DNA of 64,000 nucleotides from Candidatus Ozemobacteraceae bacterium (GTDB lineage: Bacteria; Muiribacteriota; Ozemobacteria; Ozemobacterales; Ozemobacteraceae): positions 928,001-992,000 of the forward strand of contig OZ223236.1 of assembly GCA_965140445.1 (NCBI GenBank). Reading direction: 5' to 3'. How positions within the stretch are numbered: the first letter of the stretch is position 1; the number at the start of each line of letters is the position of its first letter. Shown piece by piece: positions 1 through 10,054 of this stretch. Both the position numbers and the translations under genes were made by a program. The notes beneath the pieces were generated by a model, which made no database searches, had not been told where the DNA came from, and saw nothing but the letters and a program-made list of their open reading frames with translations.

Positions 1-3000
1 TAAATGCAGTAATTTGTTTTTCAGGACTGGCCTGAACAGTTACTGTGACAGTGTAATTTTGAGTAGAGGCATCAGCAGCTGTTACCGTATATATTACTGG
101 ACTTGAAAAATTACTGTTAATGCCTGATGCAGGAGAAACGCTTGCGCCTGTATGGACTATTGTTGGAGCAATGCTGGTTATGTTTGTGCCATAGGGAACA
201 GTAAGAGAAATCGTTTTGGCACTTTCGTTTATTGTTCCGATTACGGCAGGGGATAAGCTGTTAAAATTAAATGTTGTGATTGCTTTCGCAGGGTTTAGTA
301 AGGAAGTTACTGTTACCAGATAGTTTTGAGTTGAACCATCTTCGGCTGTAACTGTGTAAGTAACCGGATTGGAGAAATTCTGACTCACGCCTGAAGCCGG
401 GGAAACGCTTGCCCCGTCATGGGTTATTGTTGGAGCTATGCTGGTCACATTTGTTCCATACGGCACCGTCAGAGCGATGGTTTTTGTAGTTTCATTCACG
501 GTTCCTATTACTGCAGGTGACAATGAGTTAAAGTTGAATGCGCTTATGGCTTTTGTTGTGTTTGGAGCCGCTGTAACCGTTACTGTATAAGCCTGTACTG
601 TTCCGTTTTCTGCGGTAACAGTATAGTTAACCGGGCTGGAAAAGTTTGCTCCAACTCCAGAGGCTGGTGATATGCTTGCTCCGGTATGGGTGACGATTGG
701 AACGAGGTTTGAAAGGTTTGTTCCATTTGGAACAATTACGTTAATTGTTTTCAATGTTTCATTGATAACTCCGTTAACTGCCGGAGACAAACCATTAAAA
801 GAGAATGAAGTAATTGCTTTTTCAGGACTAGCCTCGATTGTAACAATGACAGTATATGCTTGAGTCGAACCATTAGCGGCTGTTACAGTGTAGCTGACCT
901 GATTTGAAAAATCTCTGGCGACTCCAGAAGCTGGAGAAATGCTTGCTCCAGTGTGAGTAATTGTTGGGGCAAGATTTGTCACATTTGTTCCGTATGGGAC
1001 GGTGATAGCTATTAATTTTGCATTGTCGTCGATAATTCCAGTTGAAGCAGGGCTTAGCGAGTCGAAAGAGAATGAAGTTATTTCTTTTGCTAGATTTGGT
1101 TCTACTGTAACTGTAACAGTAAAATTCCTTGTGCCACCTCTAGAATCTCTTACGGTATACGTGACGGGATTTGTGAAATTCTGAGCTACTCCTGTAGCAG
1201 GTGTTATGCTAACACCTGTGTGAGTAATTGTTGGAACAAGATTCGTAACATTGGTGCCGTAAGGAACAGATAATGAGACTGTTCGGTAACCTACATTCAC
1301 CACTCCATAAACAGGGGGGGTAAGGCCCATAAAGTCAAATGTTGAGATATCTTTATCTCTTCTGGAAGCTATTTCCACAATTGCGGAATAATTTTGAGTA
1401 GATCCGTCAGCCGCCGTAATCGTGTATGTGACTGGGTTGGTGAAATTCTGAGCAATTCCGGAGGCTGGAGATAAATTAGTTCCATTGTGCGTAATGGTTG
1501 GAACAAGTGAGGTTACAACAGTGCCGTAAGGAACGCTTACTGTTACAGTTTTTGCTGTGGTGTCGATTTCACCGATTAAAGGCGGAGAGAATGAGCTTAA
1601 CTCGAAGCTTGTAATATTACAATTGGGGTTTGCCCCAATTGAAACGGTAACCACATATCTTCTGGTTCTTCCCCTGGAATCAGCTACTTTATAGGTGACT
1701 GGGTTTGTAAAATTTTGTGCTACACCGGAGTTCGGTGAAACACTGATGCCAGAATGAACTATTGTGGGAACAATAGCTGTTACATCTGTTCCGTATGGAA
1801 CTGTTATTGCAACTGTTCTTGTTGTTTCATCAACTATTCCTGTTTGAACAGGAGCTAAATCATCAAAGGCAAAGGATAACATCCTTTTATCACGTTTTCC
1901 TGACACTGTAGCTGAGACTATGTAATCTTGAGTTTCCCCGTTAGACGAGGTTACCGTGTAGGTTACTGGACTGGAAAAGTTTCTGGCTACTCCAGAGCCA
2001 GGAGAAATACTTGCTCCAGTGTGAACTATAGTTGGAGTAAGTGAATAAATGTTGCTCCCGTAGGGCAAAACCAACGAAATTGTTTTTGCTGCCTCATCAA
2101 TCTGTCCGTTAACAGGTGTACTTAAACCGTTAATAACAAAGGAAGTAATTGCTTTTGAAGGGCTGGATGAAACTGCAACCGTTACTGTATAAACCTGTGT
2201 GGAGCCATCCAGGGCCGTAACGGTGTAACTAACTGGACTCGAATAGTTTGTTGTTACCCCTGTGTTGGGAGAAACACTGACTCCGGTGAAAGTTATTGTT
2301 GGAGTTAAAGCTGAAATGTCTGTGCCATATGGGACAATTAGAATAATTTTTTTGGCCGTTTCATCTATTAGACCTGTGACTACCGGTGAAAGACCTGCAA
2401 AAATAAAATCAGTAATTGACTTGTCTGTACTGGAAGAACTTTGCACCGTGGTTGCATAGTCATAGATTCCACCTTCGTAATATGAAGATGTAACAAATCC
2501 AGTATAAGTCTTAAGCTCTTCCTGTGAACCACTTGTTGAAAATTGCCAGCTGGTAATTTTTCCCGATGGATTGCCTGTTAAATCGCGAATGTTTTTTGAA
2601 GCGGAAATCGTAATTTGTGAAGCCGGCGGCAAATCTTTTTCAGGTGACCATACTATGGTTTTGTTGTCAGGTTGTAGATCAACCTGCCCATTAATAAGTT
2701 TTCCATCCGCAGTAAGTTGGATAGAGTCATTCTTGACAGAGCTTCTAAGAAGCTCTTCATTGAAAACCACTTCAATATTTGAGTCCACTTCTACTGAGGT
2801 AGAGTTGGGTGAAGGGACCATTGAAGTAACAACAGGTCCTGTTGAATCAATCTGATCTATTGAATCTACATCGACAAGTATTCTTAGATGGATTTTAGAA
2901 GTTGCATTGTCTGGGTCTTTGAACTCAACTGTTACAGAAGCAACGCCGGGATTTTTCATTGCAGTCCAGGTAGCTTCCTTTGCGTCAGATTCTAAGCTCA

Positions 3001-3847
3001 AATTACCGTTAGAGGTAGACCATGTTTTACTGATTCTGTTTGAGTCAGTATTGTCTGGATCAAATTCTGAAAGTGAAATATAAAGCTGCTCATTGGCTCT
3101 ACATTTTATTGTTTTTTCGCCGGCATTATTTACTGCATAAATAGTGCCTGAAGGTGCGCTGTTGTCATCGGTTGGGCTTTTTATTGTGTATTCTGCAAAA
3201 GCAGGCGTAGTGTCAGAAATAAATGGACCAAAAAACTCTGCCTGCTTGTAGGAACCAGGAATATTCACCTTAATTTTTGCTTCAGTTACTGAATCTGGAA
3301 GTGGGGGAGACACAAAAGAGCCGTCCAGCCCAACTTGAAAATTTTCTCCCCATAGTGACAAAGAGCTACCTGAAGGCAGGAAGTTGCCCCTTGAATCTCT
3401 AATTACACCAGCCAAGACCTTCGAAGCAGGCTCAAGTGCAATGTCGGGTATTTTGACAGGCTCTGAAACTTTTTTCAAACTAACCTGGGATGATCGAGAT
3501 TTAAACAATTGAGAACCGATTCTCTTTTTTGCGACAACTATATGGTTCCCCATGGGAATGTCTTGAAATACAAAACTTCCAGACGCATCGGTATATTGAT
3601 GAGCAATTCCAGGGAGGTCTTCCAGCCAAACCTCTGCACCATTTTGAATTTGGAGTGGTTGTCCTGTTCTAACATTTGCAGGTAAGCCAGATAGGGTAAC
3701 TTTACCATGAATTGAGCCCATGATGTTGCCAGAAGTTGGTTCATCTGTGCTATAACCGCTTCCAATGCGACAGCCCACCGAAACTAATGCCCATATGATT
3801 AGCAAAGTGATTGTCGATTTATATATCATCGAGAACAGTTTTTTCAC
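1..3847 (-). CDS. Large surface lipoprotein, 3' end outside the window (>1280 aa): carboxypeptidase-regulatory-like beta domains, SbsA/Big_5-type Ig domain, then >=9 tandem 89-aa DUF5018-like repeats
   Basis: Absent from the ORF track because it runs off the edge. Manual translation from GTG 3847 (alt. ATG 3829) gives MKKLFSMIYKSTITLLIIWALVSVG-C (lipobox). The same frame reads ...NYTVTVTVQASPEKQITAF at the window edge. TGPVVTSMVPSPNSTSVEVDSNIEVVFNE...IRDLTGNP is typical of Big_5. Confidence 0.9.
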   Translation of the reverse strand, partial: MKKLFSMIYKSTITLLIIWALVSVGCRIGSGYSTDEPTSGNIMGSIHGKVTLSGLPANVRTGQPLQIQNGAEVWLEDLPGIAHQYTDASGSFVFQDIPMGNHIVVAKKRIGSQLFKSRSSQVSLKKVSEPVKIPDIALEPASKVLAGVIRDSRGNFLPSGSSLSLWGENFQVGLDGSFVSPPLPDSVTEAKIKVNIPGSYKQAEFFGPFISDTTPAFAEYTIKSPTDDNSAPSGTIYAVNNAGEKTIKCRANEQLYISLSEFDPDNTDSNRISKTWSTSNGNLSLESDAKEATWTAMKNPGVASVTVEFKDPDNATSKIHLRILVDVDSIDQIDSTGPVVTSMVPSPNSTSVEVDSNIEVVFNEELLRSSVKNDSIQLTADGKLINGQVDLQPDNKTIVWSPEKDLPPASQITISASKNIRDLTGNPSGKITSWQFSTSGSQEELKTYTGFVTSSYYEGGIYDYATTVQSSSSTDKSITDFIFAGLSPVVTGLIDETAKKIILIVPYGTDISALTPTITFTGVSVSPNTGVTTNYSSPVSYTVTALDGSTQVYTVTVAVSSSPSKAITSFVINGLSTPVNGQIDEAAKTISLVLPYGSNIYSLTPTIVHTGASISPGSGVARNFSSPVTYTVTSSNGETQDYIVSATVSGKRDKRMLSFAFDDLAPVQTGIVDETTRTVAITVPYGTDVTAIVPTIVHSGISVSPNSGVAQNFTNPVTYKVADSRGRTRRYVVTVSIGANPNCNITSFELSSFSPPLIGEIDTTAKTVTVSVPYGTVVTSLVPTITHNGTNLSPASGIAQNFTNPVTYTITAADGSTQNYSAIVEIASRRDKDISTFDFMGLTPPVYGVVNVGYRTVSLSVPYGTNVTNLVPTITHTGVSITPATGVAQNFTNPVTYTVRDSRGGTRNFTVTVTVEPNLAKEITSFSFDSLSPASTGIIDDNAKLIAITVPYGTNVTNLAPTITHTGASISPASGVARDFSNQVSYTVTAANGSTQAYTVIVTIEASPEKAITSFSFNGLSPAVNGVINETLKTINVIVPNGTNLSNLVPIVTHTGASISPASGVGANFSSPVNYTVTAENGTVQAYTVTVTAAPNTTKAISAFNFNSLSPAVIGTVNETTKTIALTVPYGTNVTSIAPTITHDGASVSPASGVSQNFSNPVTYTVTAEDGSTQNYLVTVTSLLNPAKAITTFNFNSLSPAVIGTINESAKTISLTVPYGTNITSIAPTIVHTGASVSPASGINSNFSSPVIYTVTAADASTQNYTVTVTVQASPEKQITAF
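20..2422 (-). repeat. Nine in-frame 267-bp (89-aa) coding repeats, tenth starting at the window edge
   Basis: Unit starts (KSITDF, KAITSF ... KQITAF) run from 2422 to 19, which is 9x267 bp. Consensus K.IT.F.F..LSP.V.G.I.E..KTI.L.VPYGT.V..L.PTI.HTGAS.SP.SGV..NFS.PV.YTVTA.DGS...YTVTV. Confidence 0.9.
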
Positions 3848-3967
3848 ACCACAACATCCCTATTCTTTCTCTATTGTGTACATTATAACATATTGAGAAA
3901 AACACCGACAAAGTACACCAACTAAAAAAAATGACAAAATCTTACGCTTTGTCAAATGATTATTTTG

Positions 3968-4663
3968 CTAATTTTTCTTTTGTTTCGCCAGTAGTTGGGC
4001 TTCAATGATTGTTTTTGAGGTGGCAGTTTTAAATCCGGCTTTATTAAATCTTTTGATAATTTTTTCCCCATTTAGTTTCAGATAGTCATTATAGGAGGAC
4101 TTAGAATATTCTTTTATTGAAAAAAGTTGTTCTGATTGTTTGTGGAAAATTTGGCCTTCGTCTGATAATGAGAAATTTTCGGTTTCAACTTCTTTCCAGA
4201 CAGGATTTCCACAAGTTAATTGAATCATGACCAGGCCATTTGGGTTTAAGATTCTTTTCAGTTCCTGAATTATATTGGGAACCTGATCAAATACCACAAA
4301 GTTATTTATTATTGTTACCAGATCAAATCTATTTGGAAGGTCGCATGGAAATCTTTGAAAGATAAGGCTAAGATTGTTTAAATCGGACAAATTTCTACTT
4401 TTAATGCTCTCGATGTAAAACTCAGGAAATTGCTCTAATGCTGTAACTTTTGCTCCCTGTTTAGCCATTTCTTCGGCGTGAAAGCAAAAGCCGCTTCCAA
4501 GGTCTAATACTTCTGGGTGAGGATTTGTAACTTTGCTTAGCCAATATCTGGATTCCTGAACGATTTTTTGGGGACTCCAGGGGGAGATATTAAGAAGCTC
4601 TGGATGCTTGATAATAAATTTTACGTAATCTGAGAAAGATAGCTCATGGATTTTTTGCTTCAA
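3968..4663 (-). CDS. Class I SAM-dependent methyltransferase
   Basis: Motif I VLDLGSGFC, FDLV, and ELKRILNPNGLVMI. Confidence 0.8.
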   Translation of the reverse strand: MKQKIHELSFSDYVKFIIKHPELLNISPWSPQKIVQESRYWLSKVTNPHPEVLDLGSGFCFHAEEMAKQGAKVTALEQFPEFYIESIKSRNLSDLNNLSLIFQRFPCDLPNRFDLVTIINNFVVFDQVPNIIQELKRILNPNGLVMIQLTCGNPVWKEVETENFSLSDEGQIFHKQSEQLFSIKEYSKSSYNDYLKLNGEKIIKRFNKAGFKTATSKTIIEAQLLAKQKKN

Positions 4664-4773
4664 GTTAAAAACTCCAAAATCGAATTTCTTGACATAAAAA
4701 TTTGTTTGTTTATGTTTAAGTATATTTGTTAAAGTCCAAATATGGCAATATTCTAACTCTCAGGAGAGTCATT

Positions 4774-5286
4774 ATGACAATAGAAACCGGTAAAGTTACT
4801 TTTCAAGGCAATCCACTTACCCTAATCGGTAAAAAAATGATTAAGGTTGGAGATGTTTTTCCAGATTCAGTTTTGTTTGGGAACGATTTATCTCCAAATA
4901 AGATAAAAGACACTAAGGGAGTCAAGGTTGTAACGACTGTTCCTTCTCTTGACACTCCAATTTGCGATTTACAGGTGAAAAGATTCAATCAGGAAGCAGC
5001 TAATCTTGGTTCTGTAAGTATTTTTGCTGTTTCAGCTGACCTCCCGTTTGCTCAAGCAAGATGGTGTGGTGGAGCAGGAATTGAAAAGGTAAAAACCCTT
5101 TCTGATTATCAAACAATGGCGTTGGCAGAAGAAACTGGTTTGCTCGTAAAAGAGCTTAGACTTTTTGCCCGAACAGTAATTGTTCTTGATGCAGACAATA
5201 AGGTTACTTATATGGAGCTGGTTCCAGAAATAGCACAAGAGCCAGATTATGCTAAAGCTATTGAGGCTATTAAAAAGTTAATTTAA
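4774..5286 (+). CDS. tpx: Thiol peroxidase (atypical 2-Cys peroxiredoxin)
   Basis: VPSLDTPICDLQVKRFN and SADLPFAQARWCG. ATG 4774 follows an AGGAG RBS. Confidence 0.95.
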   Translation: MTIETGKVTFQGNPLTLIGKKMIKVGDVFPDSVLFGNDLSPNKIKDTKGVKVVTTVPSLDTPICDLQVKRFNQEAANLGSVSIFAVSADLPFAQARWCGGAGIEKVKTLSDYQTMALAEETGLLVKELRLFARTVIVLDADNKVTYMELVPEIAQEPDYAKAIEAIKKLI

Positions 5287-5320
5287 TCTCTAATCCATAG
5301 AGAATTTAAGCTTTGAATTT

Positions 5321-5360
5321 CGGGGCAACTTTGTTTGTGAAGTTGCCCCGTTTAACTTTT
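5321..5360 (+). terminator. Intrinsic terminator after tpx
   Basis: CGGGGCAACTT...AAGTTGCCCCG stem followed by a T-rich tail. Confidence 0.8.
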
Positions 5361-5397
5361 TGGTATAGATTGGTTGAACATTACTAAAGGCGTTCTA

Positions 5398-6144
5398 ATG
5401 ATTTCACCTGTTATAGAATTTAAAAGCGGCTGCAAGACTTTTCGCAAGAAAAATTCGGGCCAGGAAATTCAGGCCTTGTCCAATCTTGATTTTTTTGTTG
5501 AGTCAGGCGAAATTTATGGTTTCCTCGGATTAAATGGTGCAGGCAAAACAACCGCTATTAAATGCGTTCTTGGATTATGTAATTTGGACTCGGGCCTGGT
5601 AAACGTTTTCGGAAAGCCAGCTGTTGAATTGGATTTGACACGTGTTGGATTTGCCCCTGAAATCGCTGAAATCACTCCATATTTATCTGCTATTGAATTT
5701 CTTCAATTTGCCACTCAGTTTTCGGCGAAAAAGGTTGATTCCAGAAAACTGCTGGATATTTTGGCAGAAGTTGGTCTGGGGGCCGATGCCCAGTCGCGAA
5801 TTGGTGACTTTTCCAAAGGCATGAAGCAGCGTCTTTCAATTGCAGCGGCAATTTCTCATGATCCAGATCTTATTATTCTTGATGAACCCACGTCTGGACT
5901 TGACCCTATAGGTCGGTTAATGCTTAAAAAGCTGATCAGGAAACTAAAGTCTGATGGTAAGACGGTATTTTTCAGCACTCATATTCTTTCTGACATCGAT
6001 GAACTTTGTGACAGGGTTGGGATTATCAATCATGGAAACTCAATTTTCGAAGGAAAAACCTCTGAATTAAAGGTCACAGGGAAAACCCTTGAAGAGAGTT
6101 TTGTTGAACTAATCAAAGATTCTGTAGTTGGAGTTAAAGAATGA
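5398..6144 (+). CDS. ABC exporter ATP-binding subunit
   Basis: Walker A GLNGAGKTT, signature FSKGMKQR, Walker B IILDEPTSGLDP, H-loop STH. Confidence 0.93.
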   Translation: MISPVIEFKSGCKTFRKKNSGQEIQALSNLDFFVESGEIYGFLGLNGAGKTTAIKCVLGLCNLDSGLVNVFGKPAVELDLTRVGFAPEIAEITPYLSAIEFLQFATQFSAKKVDSRKLLDILAEVGLGADAQSRIGDFSKGMKQRLSIAAAISHDPDLIILDEPTSGLDPIGRLMLKKLIRKLKSDGKTVFFSTHILSDIDELCDRVGIINHGNSIFEGKTSELKVTGKTLEESFVELIKDSVVGVKE

Positions 6145-6908
6145 TTGGCCAGCTATGGGGACTCTGCCGCTTTGGCTTTTTAAAGGCTTATCGGAGCAAA
6201 ATATTCGCTTCAATGCTTTTGCTTTTTATGCCGATTCTTGTTGCTGTTCATTTATTCGATGTTTATAACACAGGCTTTCAGGTTAAGTTTGTTAAAGATG
6301 TAAGTTTAAATTTTATGTCTTTTTTCGCCATTCTTATTTTAGCTTTTCTAGCTATGGATCATCTTTTCTGGCCACTTGAAATGAAGCCCCCATTCTATAT
6401 CCTGGGAAGAATTAAAAGTCGCCTGGTTTATTTGGCTGGAACCTGGTTGGGCATAATTCTTTCAATAGCCTCAGCTCTGCTTTCTTCGGGAGTTTTGATC
6501 TTGCTGTTTTTGAGAATTACTCGAGGGATCTGGTTTTGGGAAGTTTTTCCCGGAGCCTTTCTGCTATTCCTTAAGTATTCTCTCTTAGCTGCCTTTGTGC
6601 TTTTCTGTTCCTGTTTTTCGACCAGATTAATTGCATTGAGTTTAAGTCTTGTGGTTTTTTTCATGGGACATGGATTGGATTCGATGCGAACCTGGATTGA
6701 ATCAAATGCAAACAGATCTTTTCAAATCGTGGTGGATATTTTTTTACTATTTGTTCCGGATTTTGCCATGTTTGACTCCAGACTAGTTATGGTTCAGGAT
6801 TCTGGCTTTTCAGTTGAAGGTCTTTTTCTTCTTATGGGATATACAATCTGTTTATCGTCGTTTTTTCTTTTTTTTGGCTCTCAATTGCTCAAAGGCAGAG
6901 ACTTGTAA
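6141..6908 (+). CDS. ABC-2-type permease
   Basis: About six hydrophobic segments; ATGA overlap with the ATPase gene. Confidence 0.8.
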   Translation: MIGQLWGLCRFGFLKAYRSKIFASMLLLFMPILVAVHLFDVYNTGFQVKFVKDVSLNFMSFFAILILAFLAMDHLFWPLEMKPPFYILGRIKSRLVYLAGTWLGIILSIASALLSSGVLILLFLRITRGIWFWEVFPGAFLLFLKYSLLAAFVLFCSCFSTRLIALSLSLVVFFMGHGLDSMRTWIESNANRSFQIVVDIFLLFVPDFAMFDSRLVMVQDSGFSVEGLFLLMGYTICLSSFFLFFGSQLLKGRDL

Positions 6909-6909
6909 T

Positions 6910-7854
6910 ATGAAAAGGGTTGCTGTTAATCCTGTGTTGATTTTAAGCCTTTTTATCGTTCTGTCCTTTTCATTTCAGGTTTCTTTTAAAAACTGCGAGG
7001 GAAAGATTAATCCGGGCTTTACTCAAAAATTTGTTTTGGAATTTCTTCCCGAGAGAGTCAGGTCTTTTTTATCTGGAATTCTCTGGTCCTATGCTGATGA
7101 ATACATGCATTCTGGTCCATCGGTCAGGTTTAAGGATTCGCCTTATCAAGCGGGGTCTTATGCTGGAAATACTGAAGTTACAAGTTTGATGCGACAGATT
7201 ATAAGCCTAACTCCTGATCAACAGCCTCCTTATAAGATCTTGGCTATGAATCTGGCACGCTATTTAAGTAGGTTCAATGATGGGCTTAGAATTCTTCAAT
7301 TTGGAATCATCTTTAATTCTGATCAAAAATGGGTGCATGAACTTTATGCTGCTGCTGCATTTCAATATCTTTTCGATTTTAGAGATGGCCAGTTAGATAA
7401 GGAGATTCCATTGCGATACCTTGATAAGGCTATTTTACTGGCCAAAAAGAATGGTTTTGTCGCCAATGATGCAGATCCAATTTTTTCAATGGAAAACTAC
7501 ATTATTTTAAAGTTGCGTTTGCTTGTCGATTTAAAAAATGATGAAGAAGCGGTCAGATTATGGAATTTGTATCCAGAGTTGCATAAAAAAATGGGATTTT
7601 TAGGGGAAGTTTTGCAGAAATTGGCTAATGGAGAACGGGCCCCAGAGCGAAAGCCAATTGCTAAGAAAATTTCAGGAACATTAGAGTCTGATGAGAGATT
7701 TGTTTCATCTGAAGCTAATAAAAACAAAATGCAGCTTCCAATGAAAGCAAAACAGCCGACCTGGAGCAGGCCGGCTATTAATTTACTGAAAAGTATTTTG
7801 CTACTTTCTGTAATAATTTCGATTTGCTTTTTAATTAAGAAAAGCTCTGTTTAA
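6910..7854 (+). CDS. Membrane-anchored helical (TPR-like) protein, ABC accessory
   Basis: N- and C-terminal hydrophobic segments and an amphipathic helical core. Starts 1 nt after the permease stop. Confidence 0.6.
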   Translation: MKRVAVNPVLILSLFIVLSFSFQVSFKNCEGKINPGFTQKFVLEFLPERVRSFLSGILWSYADEYMHSGPSVRFKDSPYQAGSYAGNTEVTSLMRQIISLTPDQQPPYKILAMNLARYLSRFNDGLRILQFGIIFNSDQKWVHELYAAAAFQYLFDFRDGQLDKEIPLRYLDKAILLAKKNGFVANDADPIFSMENYIILKLRLLVDLKNDEEAVRLWNLYPELHKKMGFLGEVLQKLANGERAPERKPIAKKISGTLESDERFVSSEANKNKMQLPMKAKQPTWSRPAINLLKSILLLSVIISICFLIKKSSV

Positions 7855-7858
7855 ACTT

Positions 7859-9088
7859 TTATCTTCTTCTGTTTAGCAATTTTCTTATTTTAAGCTTTTT
7901 GGCTTCAATTAAATTTTTAAAATTGTTAATATCTTCTTTGGTAGCAGTTCTTTGAACTCTAGGTGGCTTTGGTGTTTCCTTTATTGTGTCCAGCTTTTTA
8001 AGTGTCTTGTTTATTAGACCTAGAGCTTCATATCTCGCAACTCTTTCATTTCCAGCCAGTCTCCCGTCTGGATATCCAAGTCGAATCCCGGCTCTATTCA
8101 ACAGCTCTAATGATTGCCAGGTATTTGAACCCTTTCTTACATCAGAATACAGGCCGTATTCAAAATGTTCTGTATGAGGAAAAGCTTGAACAAAAATTGC
8201 CGCAAATCTTGCCAAATCCTTGCGTCTTAAAGCATGTCTTGTTCCTAGTCGTCGGGTCATTAGTTTAACTTCAGATATAAACGCAGCTTTTTTATGTTTC
8301 TCAAGAATTCCCAACATAATTTTACTGAAGCTGCCTGTCGTTATTCCTTTTTGGCCTTCAAGTTTTTTTCCAAGATCCGTTAAGTCAAACGCACCAAGGC
8401 TTTCCAATTCTTTTATTGGATCAGTAAACCAATGGTCCATTGGGATGTCAGTGAATCTTAGAGTTGGAGGTGCTGTTGGCACAGATTTTGGAGCTTCATA
8501 GCCAACTTTTGAATCCAGAATTGAGTGAAGTCTATGTAATAGATAAAGACTATCGCGTAGGTTCAAAAGTCCTTTGGGGTTAAGTCTTCCTCCGGAATTT
8601 CCATTTATAATTCCAACCTCTATGGCGTAATTTAGCGCTTTTTCATACTTTGGCTCAACCTTATAATCTTTAAATTTAAGGCTTTTATTTATGTTTTTTG
8701 GTTCAAGAATTACCTTTTTATCCCATAGGAATAGGATCGTTCGGAAAACTCCTTCAAAGGCTTCTTTGCGACTAACTGATCTAAATAGTTTTTTGGGGCC
8801 CATGAGTCCGGCGTGCTGCATTTCGTTTAAATCAATATTTGCTACAAGATGCAGATCAAAAAGAACTTTATTTAAAGAACGATAAAATGACAGCTTGGAA
8901 ATATTCTTGCTCAAAGTTGCATTTGAATATTCATATGTATCGAAAAGGCCCAAATCTCTTGCAAAAGAAATTTCTGGGGCGTTGTTAAAGTGCTTTGCGG
9001 CCAGTAATCCCTGGATGTTTGAGAATCCGCTAACGAAAGTTGTTGCGGCTAAAGCGCCTGCAATAAAGAGTTTTTTGCCTGAATGCAT
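7859..9088 (-). CDS. S-layer homology (SLH) domain protein
   Basis: Signal peptide plus SLH-like motifs FKDY..GIINGNSGGRLNP, FTDIPMDHWF and YSDV..GYPDGRLAGNERVARYEAL. Confidence 0.8.
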   Translation of the reverse strand: MHSGKKLFIAGALAATTFVSGFSNIQGLLAAKHFNNAPEISFARDLGLFDTYEYSNATLSKNISKLSFYRSLNKVLFDLHLVANIDLNEMQHAGLMGPKKLFRSVSRKEAFEGVFRTILFLWDKKVILEPKNINKSLKFKDYKVEPKYEKALNYAIEVGIINGNSGGRLNPKGLLNLRDSLYLLHRLHSILDSKVGYEAPKSVPTAPPTLRFTDIPMDHWFTDPIKELESLGAFDLTDLGKKLEGQKGITTGSFSKIMLGILEKHKKAAFISEVKLMTRRLGTRHALRRKDLARFAAIFVQAFPHTEHFEYGLYSDVRKGSNTWQSLELLNRAGIRLGYPDGRLAGNERVARYEALGLINKTLKKLDTIKETPKPPRVQRTATKEDINNFKNLIEAKKLKIRKLLNRRR

Positions 9089-9221
9089 ACTGCCTCCGGA
9101 AATAAGTATTTTTCAGTTTTGCAGTATCGACAAAGGGCGGGGAATTTTTTATCAAAAAAAATCCCGGCAAAATTAAAAGTCCGTTTTATGCATCCTGGTT
9201 TGAAAATTGATTGGCTAAAAA

Positions 9222-9923
9222 TTATTTTTCTTTCAGGTGTTGAGGCAATAGCCTATCGGCTGCCAGATATGCGCCTAACCAATAATCCAGAATATTCTGC
9301 ACTGAAGCTTTGTATTGAGTTTTTGCCATATCAAGGACGTCTAAGACTCCATTGCCGCTTCTAAACGCTGTTTGAATTTCTTTGTAATGCTTCAGGGCTT
9401 CATTCGTCATATCAACTAGACGTGTTTCTACTGAGGTTACCGGTTTAAAGTTCTTCACGTCAGACGTAAAATCTTTTAGATACTTGTTTAAACCTCTTTC
9501 AAATTTTGAATGATAATCGCTTTCTGCCGGGTCAATTCTACTTCCAGCAGTGTGCAGCGGTTGATTTAAATCGGCAATGTAGTGTGACATAAGCCCAAAA
9601 ATATACGCAATTTTCTGGGGGTCTTCATTTTTTTTTATCAGCATAGTTGCTCTATCAAATAAGGCTTCTAGCCTATATAAACCATCGGGGTGCGAGCCAT
9701 CAGGGTGATAGGCATGATTGTTAAAGTCTTTTAATATCGTATCAGGGTTCGTTGAGCCTTTTAGAAAAGAGTTTTTATATTTTATAAAAATGGCCCTGTA
9801 ATGTTTGGGTAAGTTGTTAAGGGCATCAGCGGTGATCTTTCTGTGGGTATGATAAGACCAGGCATCTGCCATTGAAGGGCAAAAAATGGTCAAAATTATG
9901 AATGCGAGTTTGAGAGTTTTCAA
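9222..9923 (-). CDS. Secreted Zn-dependent phospholipase C / S1-P1 nuclease superfamily protein
   Basis: Signal peptide then mature N-terminal W-S-Y-H-T-H; GSTNPD; SHYIADLNQPLH; HSKFE. Likely TTG start at 9923 after AAGGA. Confidence 0.85.
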   Translation of the reverse strand: MKTLKLAFIILTIFCPSMADAWSYHTHRKITADALNNLPKHYRAIFIKYKNSFLKGSTNPDTILKDFNNHAYHPDGSHPDGLYRLEALFDRATMLIKKNEDPQKIAYIFGLMSHYIADLNQPLHTAGSRIDPAESDYHSKFERGLNKYLKDFTSDVKNFKPVTSVETRLVDMTNEALKHYKEIQTAFRSGNGVLDVLDMAKTQYKASVQNILDYWLGAYLAADRLLPQHLKEK

Positions 9924-10054
9924 CTCTAAATCCTTTTCTTCTGTAGATAAAGATATGTTACGCTTTTGTTGTATTTTAAAGCAATATGATTTCCAGCTCA
10001 ACATTGTCTGTAATACTATTGAGCAAAGATTGGCTGGTATGGTATAGTTTGCCC

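Noticed and set aside
20..2422. Regularly spaced repeats as a CRISPR array or DGR
   Set aside because: They are in-frame 267-bp protein repeats with synonymous divergence. There are no identical short repeats with unique spacers and no cas or reverse transcriptase gene in the window.
672..3765. Short track ORFs (672, 1002, 2262, 2571, 3538)
   Set aside because: Antisense or out-of-frame shadows of the large minus-strand lipoprotein gene.
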